Shown here one piece after another: positions 1-11,190 of a stretch of DNA of 64,000 nucleotides (position 1 is the first letter of the stretch; each line of letters opens with the position of its first letter). Below the pieces are notes generated by a model. That model was not told the origin of the DNA, did not search any database, and saw only the letters and a program-made list of their open reading frames with translations. The stretch is from Selaginella moellendorffii (lineage: Eukaryota; Plantae; Lycopodiophyta), in assembly GCF_000143415.4 (NCBI RefSeq), contig NW_003314262.1, positions 2,053,046 to 2,117,045 of the forward strand, in the 5' to 3' direction. Both the position numbers and the translations under genes were made by a program.

Positions 1-99
1 TGCAACTATATATCTACTTGTCTTTGCAATGCATCCCATGATTATCTGAAGCTGGATAATTAGAGTATTGTGTCTTCTCTTCCATCTTTTGATTCTAGC

Positions 100-1050
100 T
101 CAAAACTATGGATCATGCTCAAACTATCATATTAAGACCCAAGAATCAAATCCCAGAGTTGCCCAATATGTTCAGCCCTGTATCCCCAAAGGAAGTTGAG
201 TTAGTGTCTATTGTCTAAGAATCTGAGACTAAGGTATTTCAACTTTCACTCTTTGTAGTACTAAAATTATCAATGGAACATGAGGCAAAATTAATGTGTT
301 GGATGAAGTGTGTGCTTATCTAACATCTCCTATGCAGCCAGCCATACATTTCTCTTGATTTCTAAAAGTATAGCATTAAGCATAGTATTTAAGAGTTATT
401 ATCAATGAGAATGTATGAGTTCATCCCCCAAGAGTCTCAAAGGGCTTTAGGGGCTTTTTGGCATAAGTCTGTTACTTCATGTATTTTGGAACAATTAGGC
501 TATACCAATGTGTGCAATAAAGTGGAGAAACTATATTCTCATAGTTTGGTTAGGAGTCTCTGGGATTGGGAAGACAACTTTCACTATCATAATGTTGTTG
601 CAAGCCATGAAGGTGAGGAAGGCAATAGCTTGTCAACTTGAAGGTAGTAACCTCTATCATAGGAACAAATGGTTGGAAAAGCCAACTTAAAAACTGATTG
701 ATTGTAGATAAGATTATCCAACTTCCAAACCAGGCAATTGGCTTATTTCTTTGGATAAATAATTCATAATGACACCATTTGCTGTTGTAATTTTTAAAAA
801 CTTTTTTGTCCTTTTATACTTCAGAAACCTAGACTCTATGAAATAACACCTAATAAGTGATTCAAGTACACACAAGACACTTCTAATAGAGAAGATCTCC
901 ATGTCCAACTCTATCTCATAGTATCCCTTCAACGATATCATCCCTCTCTTCCACTACATATTTCCTAGCATTTAAATGCCTTATAAATGTTTTATAATGA
1001 ACTATCTTTCCATCATATTTCTTGCATTGGCGTGCAACAAACTTTTCTTA
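100..1050 (-). mobile_element. Highly degenerate DNA-transposon remnant, possibly CACTA/En-Spm (Tnp2-like) transposase
   Basis: AT-rich and full of stops; minus-strand peptide scraps (…PNCSKIH…QKAPKAL…, …IDNF…) only loosely resemble the Tnp2 CPxC and DGF motifs. Confidence 0.2.
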
Positions 1051-1699
1051 CAGCTATTAAATAGTTCTATTATATTGGTTTTTTATATAAAATTTAAAAA
1101 AATTATAGAATCATTTTAAACAATATTTTTGTTAGTTTATAGAGATTTATTACTAGAAATTAAATGTAATATAATAAGAATAGAGTAATAGTTAAATTTT
1201 TGCAAGTGAGTATAACATTGAATCATACCTTATTTGTTTTTCTGCCATAATTGTATTCTAATTTACTATGGATGATTACTATAATTATCATCTAGCTTAG
1301 TTTTTCTAGGCATTTTTAAGCAGTATTATAATCTACCTATCCCTACTTTGCCACAACTATTGGCCACACTGTGGATGGTTACCATAGTTGTCATCTATCT
1401 TAGTTTTTCTATTTAGTTTTAAGAAATAATATAACCACTTAGCTCCAACTTAGCCACAACCATTATTATGTTTAATAAATTTATTAATAAATTTTATTTA
1501 TAAAATAAATACCACTATAATACAAAAACCAAATAACAATCTAGTTTCTGAAACCAACTAAATTTCCTAGCATGCTAACCAATGTCAAAAAACTCATTAA
1601 AACAATGCTAAAAACCTCTAAAACACTAAAAACTACTAAACAAATCCCTATCAATTCTAGGCACCTTGTATATCTCTTTTAACTATAGCATACTATTGT

Positions 1700-2620
1700 A
1701 AATTTGTGGATTAGTTAGGGCTCTAATTATTTCTAGCTGGACTACAACACCATTTTGTGTGATCTGGAGCTTTATTATATTGTTGATGGCAAGCTGCCTT
1801 ACAACACTCTAGAGTTGATCAAATGCAAAGCCTTTACAACCACCATAAAATTGACCAATTGACTTTGTTGGGGGGGAAGAATTGTTAGGTGCCAGCTTAT
1901 AAGAGCTTACAGAAAAAGGATATATGGGCCAAATTATGCTATCAGTTTAAAACATTTTATATAACTCTACTTGATTTGGTTCATGTTGGCCTTTTTAAAG
2001 AAAGAAAGAACTTGACACTAGACATCATGAAGGAAAAGTAGAAAATATATAAGTGATATGGCAAGGTTTGTGATGGAGAAGCTGGAATTAACATGGATAT
2101 CCTAATTGTTAAGAAGGTAGAATGCTGATTGCACCAGAGGATTAAAAGGATATCTAGTAGGTAAGTACATATTTACATCTTTATGTATTGTAAATATAGC
2201 CATAAGGAAGTTAATTGGAGACAATTAGTGGGGCATTTCAAAGCTTCAAGGGATTTGATGCCCACAAATTAAATGGTTGAAAGGGTTGCATAGTTTAACT
2301 CATTGGTTAGGGGTTATTGCAAATTCAAGGTGTCTGAACTCCACATTGACAAAAAAAGTTAAATAAAGAGTATATTTTTGAGTTTGGGGATATGTTTGAA
2401 GTGGCCATCTCCCACAAAACAAAATATTTTACATCTTAAGAAAACAATTGATACAATGACGATTATGGAGTGCCTATAACAAATGCTAGTGCTAGAGTTA
2501 TACTTAATAATTATTTTTTGCAAGAAGCACCAGCATGCATTAGATTGTGCAGTGGTGGTGGTAATGATGAAGCATCTTGGCTTTGTTTGAAGTTTCACAA
2601 AGATTTACATTGCCACAATG
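1700..2620 (+). mobile_element. Degenerate hAT-type transposase remnant (DUF659/RNase H-like region)
   Basis: Frameshifted scraps LIGDN…CPQIKWLKGLHSL, LKWPSPTK and ARVILNNYF/CKKHQHALDCAVVVVMMKHL follow the order of hAT motifs TDN…HIFWTPCAAH…RPAxTRF…FWKxxxxxxxxxEPLVxxLRL. Confidence 0.35.
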
Positions 2621-3661
2621 TCTCAACTCTTGAAGCAAGATATCCTCAGCACAGCCATGCTGGCAGTGCTGGCTATGCTTTGCTTTCTAGCCATTGTAGG
2701 CGTACGATTGCGTCTTCTCCATCCACATCCACACCATTTGTGATCTCCCCATCTACCTCACACACGGCATCCTCCTCATTTAAAGTGGATCATAAAACTT
2801 CAATATCTCCTCCAAAGGGAGAGACATCTAGCCCTTTTAATTGACATAAGGCTACCTTAGACATTAGTGTTGTCTTGTAACTAGTGTACTTTCACCAATT
2901 GTTTTTTGTTTCTTTGTGCTCAAAACTTTATTCGAGATATTCTCTTAAAGGCCTTTAAGTCTTTTGCTAGCTACCATACATTTTTGAAATTCTTTTTATT
3001 TTTTCACTAGGAGTGTTTTTTACTGTTTGATAATATTAATTAAGTTTTTTAATTTAAGAATTAAAAATTAATTTGCTATGCTTTGTATTGCAGGAACACT
3101 TGGTTTAACTTTTTTTCTTTAAAATAATATATATTATTATAATATAGAATTTAATCTAAAAGTAAAGAGATTGATAGCACCACAAAAAGTTCTAGATAAT
3201 TTTGTTTGACAAAAACAATATGAAAAAAATTGGAATACTATTACATTTTATACTTGGGTAGTGGCCACTAAGTGCTATTTAATTAAAAGATCCTTGAAAA
3301 GAAAGAAAATTTTAACTTAGCACAGTGGCATTTGGTAATCCTTGTTTGGTAATCTTTATCCAAAGAAAAGGAACTTCTACTAGCTTCTTATTGCTTTTGG
3401 GCATTTTGTGGGGTGTAATTAATCAATGGTGTTTAATAGAAAATATATTTTAATTTATAATGGTTGATAAGGAATCCCAATGGAAACATGATTGGCATAG
3501 CCTAAGCTAGAAGGCATACAATTCGAGTTCGTGCATCCAAATAATGATGGAAGTGTGGAAGCATTAGCAATGAGTTAAGATTAATCCTATATTTATAGAT
3601 TATGAACGTATTTATATTATTTATTTAATAAACATAAAATTAATTTAAATGAATATCAACT

Positions 3662-3826
3662 TGTGAGATCCAAGTGTATGGCTATGATACTATATATTAA
3701 TATTAGTATAATGGGATTTTGATAGCTATTGGATTAATTTCAATCCAGACCACTTGCTCTTGTATATAAGTTAGGATTTTTGGGTTAATTAATATATATC
3801 CCATTTTCATATTCCATGCACTCACA
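3662..3826 (+). repeat. 5' LTR (165 bp)
   Basis: TGTGAGATCCAAGTG…CCATGCACTCACA; similar to 6654-6800 and, in reverse complement, to 53858-54031. Confidence 0.85.
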
Positions 3827-6653
3827 TTAGTGGAGGTGAAGGGTAGCTTTAGTTATCCTTAAAGAGTGCTTGGATTTGGGATTTTGGTTTAGACCTAGCT
3901 TTTGCATTGCTTAGATCTTACTTTTTTCATAGCTTTTTCAATTTTTTCTTTTTTGCTTTTTCTTTTTTATTCATCTTCATGACAGAATAGCACCCTCCTC
4001 CTCCTTTGACTCTAGAGTAGCAATTGCTACAGTTGTTGATGTTATGCGGTTGTAGTTGAACAAACTCAATTGATAGTGGCATTCATAATGCATGGTACAA
4101 TTCCTTTTACTCTTGTTGTCAATCCTCGTGTCTAATTAGAGTTCTTCTATGGGAATCCTGGGGATGATGTGTACCATTGGTTTGATTAAGTTATATCTTG
4201 CTTCCAAGTACTAATAAGTGCCAATGGTTGAGGAAAATATTACAAAGATTGATTTTTGTATACCATTTGGTTTATATAAGTTGTTGGTGATATTGTTTGA
4301 TTTAAATAATGCTCTAATGACTTTCCAAAAAATGATGGACGAGATTCTTTGCAATATGCCAAAGATGATTGCTGATTCCATCGATGATGTCTTGATCCAC
4401 TTAGAGGGAACATGAGAGGAACACATTTGTGATCTTCATAAAGTGTTAAATTGGCTATGGGAAGTTGGTTTAAAACTAAAGCAGTCAAAATGTGTGTTTG
4501 GGTCTAAGGACATTATTTATTTTGGGTATGTATTTCTTGTGAAGGTTTGCAAGTTGATATTGACAAACTTATGTCTATTCTTAAGTTCTTTACTCCAAAG
4601 TTTGTGGATGATATATAATACTCCTTAAACAAGGTGCAATATCTCAACTATTTAATTGATAATATTTTTTAATCTTACTGCACTATTGCGAACATTGTTG
4701 AAGTTGTTAACGTCATTTTTCATTTTGTCTATAGACTGTGAGTGGACATTTACAAATCTCAAATAGTTGTTAACAACTCCTCCAATTTTATAGTATTCTA
4801 ACTATATTCAACCTTCCATTTTGCATATAGATGCTTCTAATATCAATCTTGGAGATGTGTTGATGCCTGAGTATGCATGGTCAATGCCATCCCATTGCAT
4901 ACATCAATCTTACATTACAACCAGCAAAGATGAACTATTCAATGACAGAGAATGAGTGTTTAGCAATAGTTCAAAAACTTTATGCATATTTATATGGTTC
5001 TTGAACATTACTAAAAGGTGATCATGCCGCTATTACTTTATTAGTGAAGCGGAAGAACTTAGTTGATCATATTATTTGGTAAATTTTGAAACTTTAAATA
5101 TATGATTTCGATGTTATTTATTGTCCAAGGAGTTCTATGGCTAATGTTGATGCCCTTCCTTAAGCTTTTTTTCCTTCTTCACTCTTTTCTCATGTTTTTG
5201 ATGAGTTTATTGTTTTAGCATCTATGAAGTTTTAGGACCAACATTCCATGCTATCGATTGTCACTATATTTTATGTTCAATGTTCATAAGGTGTAAAGCA
5301 TGATTTACCTTCTCTTGACGAGGTTTATAAGGCTCAAAAGGTTGAGCTATGAATCCAAACGCTTTGCGATGGATTTGAAAATTTTGCATCACTTGTTCAT
5401 GATTTGGCATTTATATTCTTAATATTGTTTTGAGAACCACCTTCTTTATTTTATGAGGACGGGTCCTGATGATTATTTATGGCTAATGGTGCCTTCGATC
5501 TTTATTCCACTCTTTCTTCACACCTACCATGATTCTAAATAGGCATATGAGACATCGTCGTATGACTGAAAAACTGTGTAGGTCTTTTATTGGCTAGAGA
5601 TGAAATATAATGTTACCTAATATATGTGTAGTTGCATTTTGTGCCAAGCTCATGGTTGAATTCAATTGCAATTTCCCGTCCATTTAAGTTGGTGGTGTAT
5701 GAAGCTTTTTCCATGGTCAACTATTGGCAATAAGTATATCATTATTGTTTTTAACTACTTGCCTTACTAAGTGGAAGTCAATACTCTTGCTAATGCATTT
5801 ACAATTATTATTGGATACTTCCTCCTCAATTGAGTGATATTCTAGTATTCCTATTTGAAACAAACTCTTTTGGATAATAATCCTGCATTTATAGCTGAGG
5901 CATTTCATGTTTTAACATCTTGGCTGAGGATATGCCACACTTTCACAAATGTTTATCATCCACAATCAAACGGTTTGGTGAAATGGTTCATTTGGACTTT
6001 CAAAGGGATAATCATAAAGTACGTGAACTTTTAGCATTTGGATTAGGATGGTTATTTGTTGCCTCTTCAGTATGTGTATGTTATAAGGTTGTAGAGTTCT
6101 ATTAATGCTTCACCATATAAACTCTTATATAGTCATGATCTAATACTGCTAACGAATTTGAGTTTACCTTTGCAATTGCCATAAAGTGTTAATGTTACAT
6201 CTTGGGATTAATATTTGACAAACATTCTTCCACTAATCCGAGTAAAGTTTTGCCAAACACCTAAGCTGCATATAAATGGGACAACAATGGTGCTACAATT
6301 CACATCATTATCCATCTGCAGAGTATAAAGTGAATGACTTGGTGTTAATTTGTTTGTTTTCCTAGTCTTATAATATATGGTTTGTCTAAAGGGTTTATTG
6401 TTTAGTGCAAGGGACTATATCAAGTGTTGTGGCAAGTTAGACCACAAGTTTATGAGGCTTGGCATGATATTCAAAATGTTAATCCTCCATAAATTGTATC
6501 TGTGTAATAGTTGAAATATTTCGTATAAAGGGATCAAGAAAAATTGGCACCACCTACAAATCTACCAATGCCTCCTCTTGATGTTCCTCTAGATCTAGGC
6601 TTATTCATCAGAAAACTTTAAATATCTTCCATATTTCTAAGAAGAAGGGATAA

Positions 6654-6800
6654 TGTAAGGTCCAAATGTATATTTACAATGCCATAAATTAATATTAATG
6701 TATTGGGATTTTGATAATTATTGCATTGGTTTTAAAGCATACACTATATTGATTAATATGCAAATTTCTATATTCTATTTCCATATTCTATACACTCACA
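6654..6800 (+). repeat. 3' LTR (147 bp)
   Basis: TGTAAGGTCCAAATG…TATACACTCACA, preceded by a polypurine tract. Confidence 0.85.
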
Positions 6801-6931
6801 AACTATTAAAATAGTGCCAAAATATTTAAACATATTCTAAATATATCCATTATCCCATATTGCACCCAAACTTGCCTCAAACTAACTCACAATTCTGATA
6901 CGAATAACTTATTTTCAGATAAGAAAAATTT

Positions 6932-7898
6932 TTACACAACCACATTAATATCTGAGTGCTGCCTAAGCATCTCTGAACGCTTGCTTCGCTTCATCTCTTC
7001 AACAAGCCACATTACCCCGTCTCTGATGCCAGTCCTGAGACAGAGCTTTCGACGTGATAAAAGAAAACAAATCATGCAAAGAGATCAAAGGTGTACCCGT
7101 CATAAGCGGAGATTTCTTTCACAAACGAAGGTCTCTCGTCGATTTCTTTCAAGTCCAAGAATGTGGTGAGTTCGTCCGCTGTTACAGCTCCTTGTACGTC
7201 CTGGAAAGCAGGATGAACTTAGAAGAAAATCGAACAAAAGTATGTAGGCACTTGCCTGTTTGTTGGCAAAAATGAGCAATGGTGCGTCTTGCAAATCCTT
7301 GTGCCTCAGAGCTTTCTCTACAACATAACGAAAGAAAAATCCTTCTAAGAAAGAAAGAATGGAAAGGGAACGAAGAAAGCTTATATATAACGTACCAAGA
7401 GCAGACTTTGCGTCGTCAAATCGAGCATGGTTTGCAGCATCCACGACGAAAACAATCGCATGAGCTTCTTCGAAATATTTCTCCCAGATCGTGCGCAAGC
7501 CTAGCTGCATTTCACACGAAAAATCACATCCAAGCAGATAACCAGAGCAAAAACCAAAGTTCTTCGCGAGACCGACCTGTCCTCCTAGATCCCAAAAAAT
7601 AAGCTTCGACTTGTAAGCTTCCACACGGCCGATATTGAGGCCGACAGTAGGGACGATTCGATCCGGCGGGAGGCCCTCGAAATCCGAGTAGATAGTCTTA
7701 AGCTTCTCCAGCAATGTCTAGATCGTGAAAGAAGCAAAGAATTCAGCTCAGATTCGAGATCGCGAGCACGACAAGTGAAAGAATCAGGGTTCTAGGAGAG
7801 CTTACAGTCTTCCCCGCCTTGTCAATGCCGAGGATCAAAACGTGGAACTCCGCCTTGCTGAAGAGATACTTCCACAATCCATACAAGAGCGAGAACAT
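6932..7898 (-). CDS. ARLB1: ADP-ribosylation factor-related protein 1 (ARF-like small GTPase), spliced, 6 exons
   Basis: MFSLLYGLWKYLFSKAEFHVLILGIDKAGKT (P-loop), PTVGLNIG, WDLGGQ, NKQD, SAYDG; ends …EMKRSKRSEMLRQHSDINVVV*; short introns, one GC-AG (7201-7255). Confidence 0.93.
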
Positions 7899-8065
7899 CC
7901 TCTCTCGCGCCTCGATCGATCGATCGTTTCGCGGAGCTCCCAACCTAAGCCATGGCTACCGTATAAGAAATGCTAGATTTTGCGCCCACGGGGCCCAAAT
8001 TTGCCCTAAACTTTGCCCTAGAAGTAAAAAAAAAGCGACATTAGGGTTCTTGAGAGGGAGAGAGA
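7899..8065. promoter_or_regulatory. 167-bp bidirectional promoter (ARLB1/SDH6) with site II-like GGGCCC and telo-box-like TTAGGGTT
   Basis: Divergent ATGs at 7898 and 8066; GCCCACGGGCCCA at ~7984-7997; TTAGGGTT at 8041. Confidence 0.55.
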
Positions 8066-8553
8066 ATGGATGTGCTCAAGGATCCCTTCCGCGATCTCAA
8101 GGAAGTGCTGCTCAGGGCGAAATCACTGCCGCCATACACCAAGAAGGATGTGGATACGTTCATCGCCTCGGATCCAGTCTACGGGCCTCAGGTAAGATTT
8201 TTCGATCGAAATGCCACCGATTCTACCCCGATCGATCCTCCGCAGCTCCGAAAGATGAATGACGCGAAGCTATTCTGCTACGCCGGCACTGCCGGAGGCG
8301 CTGTTGGAACTGGATTCATGTCTCACGCGCTCGGCAAGCAACCACGAAGTAAAGTTATCCTTCGATGGAAAAATTGATTCATTGGTGTTCTATCTTTTCC
8401 TCCGCAGTCACTGCAATGGCGATTCTTGGAGGGGGATTCGTCGGCATGGCGCTGGGAGGCGAGCTAGCAAACTTCGCGCTGGGTCTTTACAAATTCAAGC
8501 GAACGGAGCCAAAGAAGAAGTTCCTCGATTGGTGGGAGAAGCAAAACCGATGA
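8066..8553 (+). CDS. SDH6: Succinate dehydrogenase subunit 6 (plant-specific complex II subunit), 3 exons
   Basis: LPPYTKKDVDTFIASDPVYGPQL…GGGFVGMALGGELANFALGLYKF…KFLDWWEKQ matches the plant SDH6 pattern LPSWSxxDVEEFIASDPVHGP…GQEVANHxLQLYK…KFMEWWE. Confidence 0.85.
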
Positions 8554-8657
8554 GAGGCATCGGAGGTATGAAGCTAGTTCTCTCGATCGAACTTGCTTTC
8601 TCTTTTCTTTTCTTCTCTTACGTCGAATAATGCTGGACATACTTTTCTTGTCTTTGA

Positions 8658-10349
8658 TCACAGCTCCAATAAGTTTCTTCGCGTACTTTGTAGGATCTCG
8701 CGAGTTAGAACATAAGGTGCGCCATTGCTCTCGTCCAGCTCGATCATTTCGCTCTCGTGGACAGTGCTGCCACTGCTGGGACCTCGGATCAGACAGGTGA
8801 AATCCTGGATCTTTGGAACAAAAGGCATGGTCTGGACGAGTTCTTTGGCTTCGACAAAGTGTCCAGCTCTAGACAGAAGATCAACCATGCAGCTAAAGTG
8901 TTCCTTGCGAACATCAAAGCCGTGATCCAGTCTCATCGATCGAAAGTAGCTCAAGCCTCGATCGACGTCGCCGGCATGGCTACAACCGAGAAGAACACAC
9001 AGGAAGGAAGCTCCGGTCGGCTGGAAGCCATGGAGTAGCATCGCCCAGTAAAGCTCCAGCGTCTTTTCGATATGCCCTCTTTGAGCATACATCACAGGCA
9101 CTGCGTTCCACGAGCTGGAATCCCTCTCGGGCATTGTGGCGAATATCCGCCCAGCGTCTTGGAGGTCGCCCGTGTGAGCGAGGACGGTGTTCCACGTCAC
9201 CACGTCCACATCAGGCATTGGCGCTATCGTGGCAAACTGGTTCAGCTGCCCCGCGTGCGCGAATGTCGCCAGCATGGCGTTCCACGTCACAGTGCTCGCG
9301 ACGGGCATGCCACGGAACAGGCACTGGGCGGTATCCAGGTGGCCGTTCCGTCCATACGCCGCCAGCATGGCGGTCCACGTCACGACGTTGGCGGCAGGGA
9401 TGGAACCGAAGACGTGCCTCGCGTCTTCCAGCAGCCCGTTGCGCGCGAATGCCGCGAGCATTGCCGTGCACGAAACCACGTCCCATTCCGGCATGGAATC
9501 GAAGATTCGTCGTGCGGCGTCGATGGATCCGCGCTGCGCGAGCGCCGCGATGATCAGATTGCACGCCGCGAGGTCCCGCTGGGGCATGGAATCGAACAGG
9601 GCTTTCGCCGCGCCCAAATCCCCGGCCGCGGCAAATGCCGAGATTAGGGCTGTCCACGTCACGGGGTCCCTGGCCGGCATGGACTCGAACATACACGTGG
9701 CTGCCTCCAAGTGGCCGGCAGTGACGTGGGCACACAGCATGGCGTTCCATGTCACGATGCTCGCGCACGGCAGGGAATCAAACAGTGCCTTGGCGGAATC
9801 AAAATCGCCGTTACGCGAGAAGGCCGTCAAGACGGCGTTGGCGGCGACGAGGTCGTGCTCATCCATGTCGCGGAAAAGGCTAAGGCACTCTTTCACATTC
9901 CCGCGCCGGCCGTGGGCGGCGATGGCGCTCGTCAGCGACGATCGGCTCCACTCCGGCATGGAATGGAAGAGCTCCAGCAGAAAATCGAGGTGCCCCACCC
10001 GGGCATACGCATCCAGCAGCGAATTCATGGCGATCACGTCCCAGCACGGCATCGCGGCGAAGATGGCTCGCGATTCCTCTAGATCGCCGGCGGTGGCGTA
10101 GGCGCGCAACATTGTGGTCCAGGACACAATGTCCCTGTCGCCCATGCGATCAAACAGTGCCTTGGCGTCGCGCGAATGCCCTAGCCGGGCGAATGCCGCG
10201 AGAATCAAGTTCCCGCAGTACGGCTCGCGCTCCGCCGGCGATCGCGACGCCTCGCAATAGATCCTTGCGGCGCGATCCAGCTCCCCGCGATCGATACACG
10301 ATTGGATGAGTGGGGCTGCGCTGCCGGGCATTCCCTTCCACAAGAACAA
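8658..10349 (-). CDS. PLS-class PPR protein with a tandem run of ~31-aa S-type motifs and a truncated E domain, no DYW
   Basis: Intronless 563-aa ORF; repeated 'dvVsWtAmLaAya..G.l..Ar..FdsMP'; C-terminal L2/S2/E region (FLCVLLGCSHAG…HFSCMVDLLSRAG…MPFVP); true start may be the ATG of MPG. Confidence 0.9.
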   Translation of the reverse strand: MFLWKGMPGSAAPLIQSCIDRGELDRAARIYCEASRSPAEREPYCGNLILAAFARLGHSRDAKALFDRMGDRDIVSWTTMLRAYATAGDLEESRAIFAAMPCWDVIAMNSLLDAYARVGHLDFLLELFHSMPEWSRSSLTSAIAAHGRRGNVKECLSLFRDMDEHDLVAANAVLTAFSRNGDFDSAKALFDSLPCASIVTWNAMLCAHVTAGHLEAATCMFESMPARDPVTWTALISAFAAAGDLGAAKALFDSMPQRDLAACNLIIAALAQRGSIDAARRIFDSMPEWDVVSCTAMLAAFARNGLLEDARHVFGSIPAANVVTWTAMLAAYGRNGHLDTAQCLFRGMPVASTVTWNAMLATFAHAGQLNQFATIAPMPDVDVVTWNTVLAHTGDLQDAGRIFATMPERDSSSWNAVPVMYAQRGHIEKTLELYWAMLLHGFQPTGASFLCVLLGCSHAGDVDRGLSYFRSMRLDHGFDVRKEHFSCMVDLLSRAGHFVEAKELVQTMPFVPKIQDFTCLIRGPSSGSTVHESEMIELDESNGAPYVLTREILQSTRRNLLEL

Positions 10350-10476
10350 GAACTCAACCAGAGCCGTCGGATTTGCCGAGATCTACGGTGGATAAGTACT
10401 GCCAAGAAAAGCCGTTGGATTGATTAAAATCTAGGGTCAAGATTGCCTAAGAACAAAAACTTAGTTACTAGGAGCT

Positions 10477-11190
10477 CTATCGTACGGCTATCCCGTACGG
10501 AACGTGAATCCTGGCCATCCGATTTGCGCACGCTCCAATCAGTTCTTGCAAGAGATGGGCGTCTTGCTGTGGCAATTTCTTCTTCTTCGCCTCCTCTCCA
10601 CACGATTCCAGAGAGGAATTGGAATGTGGCTGGTGCGCTGCCACCAGTGGAGGTGCTGGCGCTGGCTCTGGATCGACAATGGCTCTGGGAATCGCTGGAG
10701 AAATCGCGGCGGGAGCGATCGATTTGGGTGCCAGAGGAGAAAGAGGGGCGATTGGTTTGATGGCGGGAGGAGCCGCGGGGGCGATAGCAAGAGGAGATTT
10801 CTCGACGATTGGTGCCGGTGGCAAGGCCGCGCATGAAATCGCCGGTGCAACCACACTGATTTCCTCCTTGCGCTCGGCGGTTTTCGCGATTTTCTCCTCG
10901 GATTTGGGGCGGACGATCTGGAGCACGAGACGCCCCTGCTCCCGGATTTTGTGAACGAAGACGATCTGATCGCTGGGAATTTTCACCTCCTGGAGGACGA
11001 ACCTCCCATTGCTGCGCACCGCCTGGAGCCGGACGCCCCGCACCATCTCATCCGGGCAGCAATCGTTCTTCGTGTTGACGAACTGGACAGCCATCGGCAT
11101 CGGCGGGGGGAATTTCCTGTCCCGCGGGCTGCTGATCGGCACGCGCCGGGAGGAATCGACGCAGGAGTCGAGCGAGCGAATCAATTCCAT
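10477..11190 (-). CDS. FANTASTIC FOUR (FAF)-domain protein
   Basis: RKFPPPMP…RLQAVRSNGRFVLQEVKIP…IREQGRLVLQIV is the FAF domain signature; Pro/Ala-rich tail; intronless. Confidence 0.8.
   Translation of the reverse strand: MELIRSLDSCVDSSRRVPISSPRDRKFPPPMPMAVQFVNTKNDCCPDEMVRGVRLQAVRSNGRFVLQEVKIPSDQIVFVHKIREQGRLVLQIVRPKSEEKIAKTAERKEEISVVAPAISCAALPPAPIVEKSPLAIAPAAPPAIKPIAPLSPLAPKSIAPAAISPAIPRAIVDPEPAPAPPLVAAHQPHSNSSLESCGEEAKKKKLPQQDAHLLQELIGACANRMARIHVPYGIAVR

Larger units (their letters stand above)
3662..6800 (+). mobile_element. Internally deleted, degenerate Ty3/Gypsy LTR retrotransposon with short LTRs
   Basis: TG…CA LTRs at 3662-3826 and 6654-6800; PBS-like TAGTGGAGGTGAAGGG after the 5' LTR; PPT AAGAAGAAGGGATAA before the 3' LTR; AACT on both flanks; RT scraps (FCIPFGLYK…TFQKMMDEIL…SIDDVLI), RNase H (LHIDASN…LGDVL) and integrase (GNKYII…TKW) in Gypsy order. 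Confidence 0.85.

Noticed and set aside
9072-10101. Long antisense/alternative-frame ORFs over the PPR genes (also 20738-21953)
   Set aside because: Shadow ORFs caused by GC-rich codon usage of the real gene
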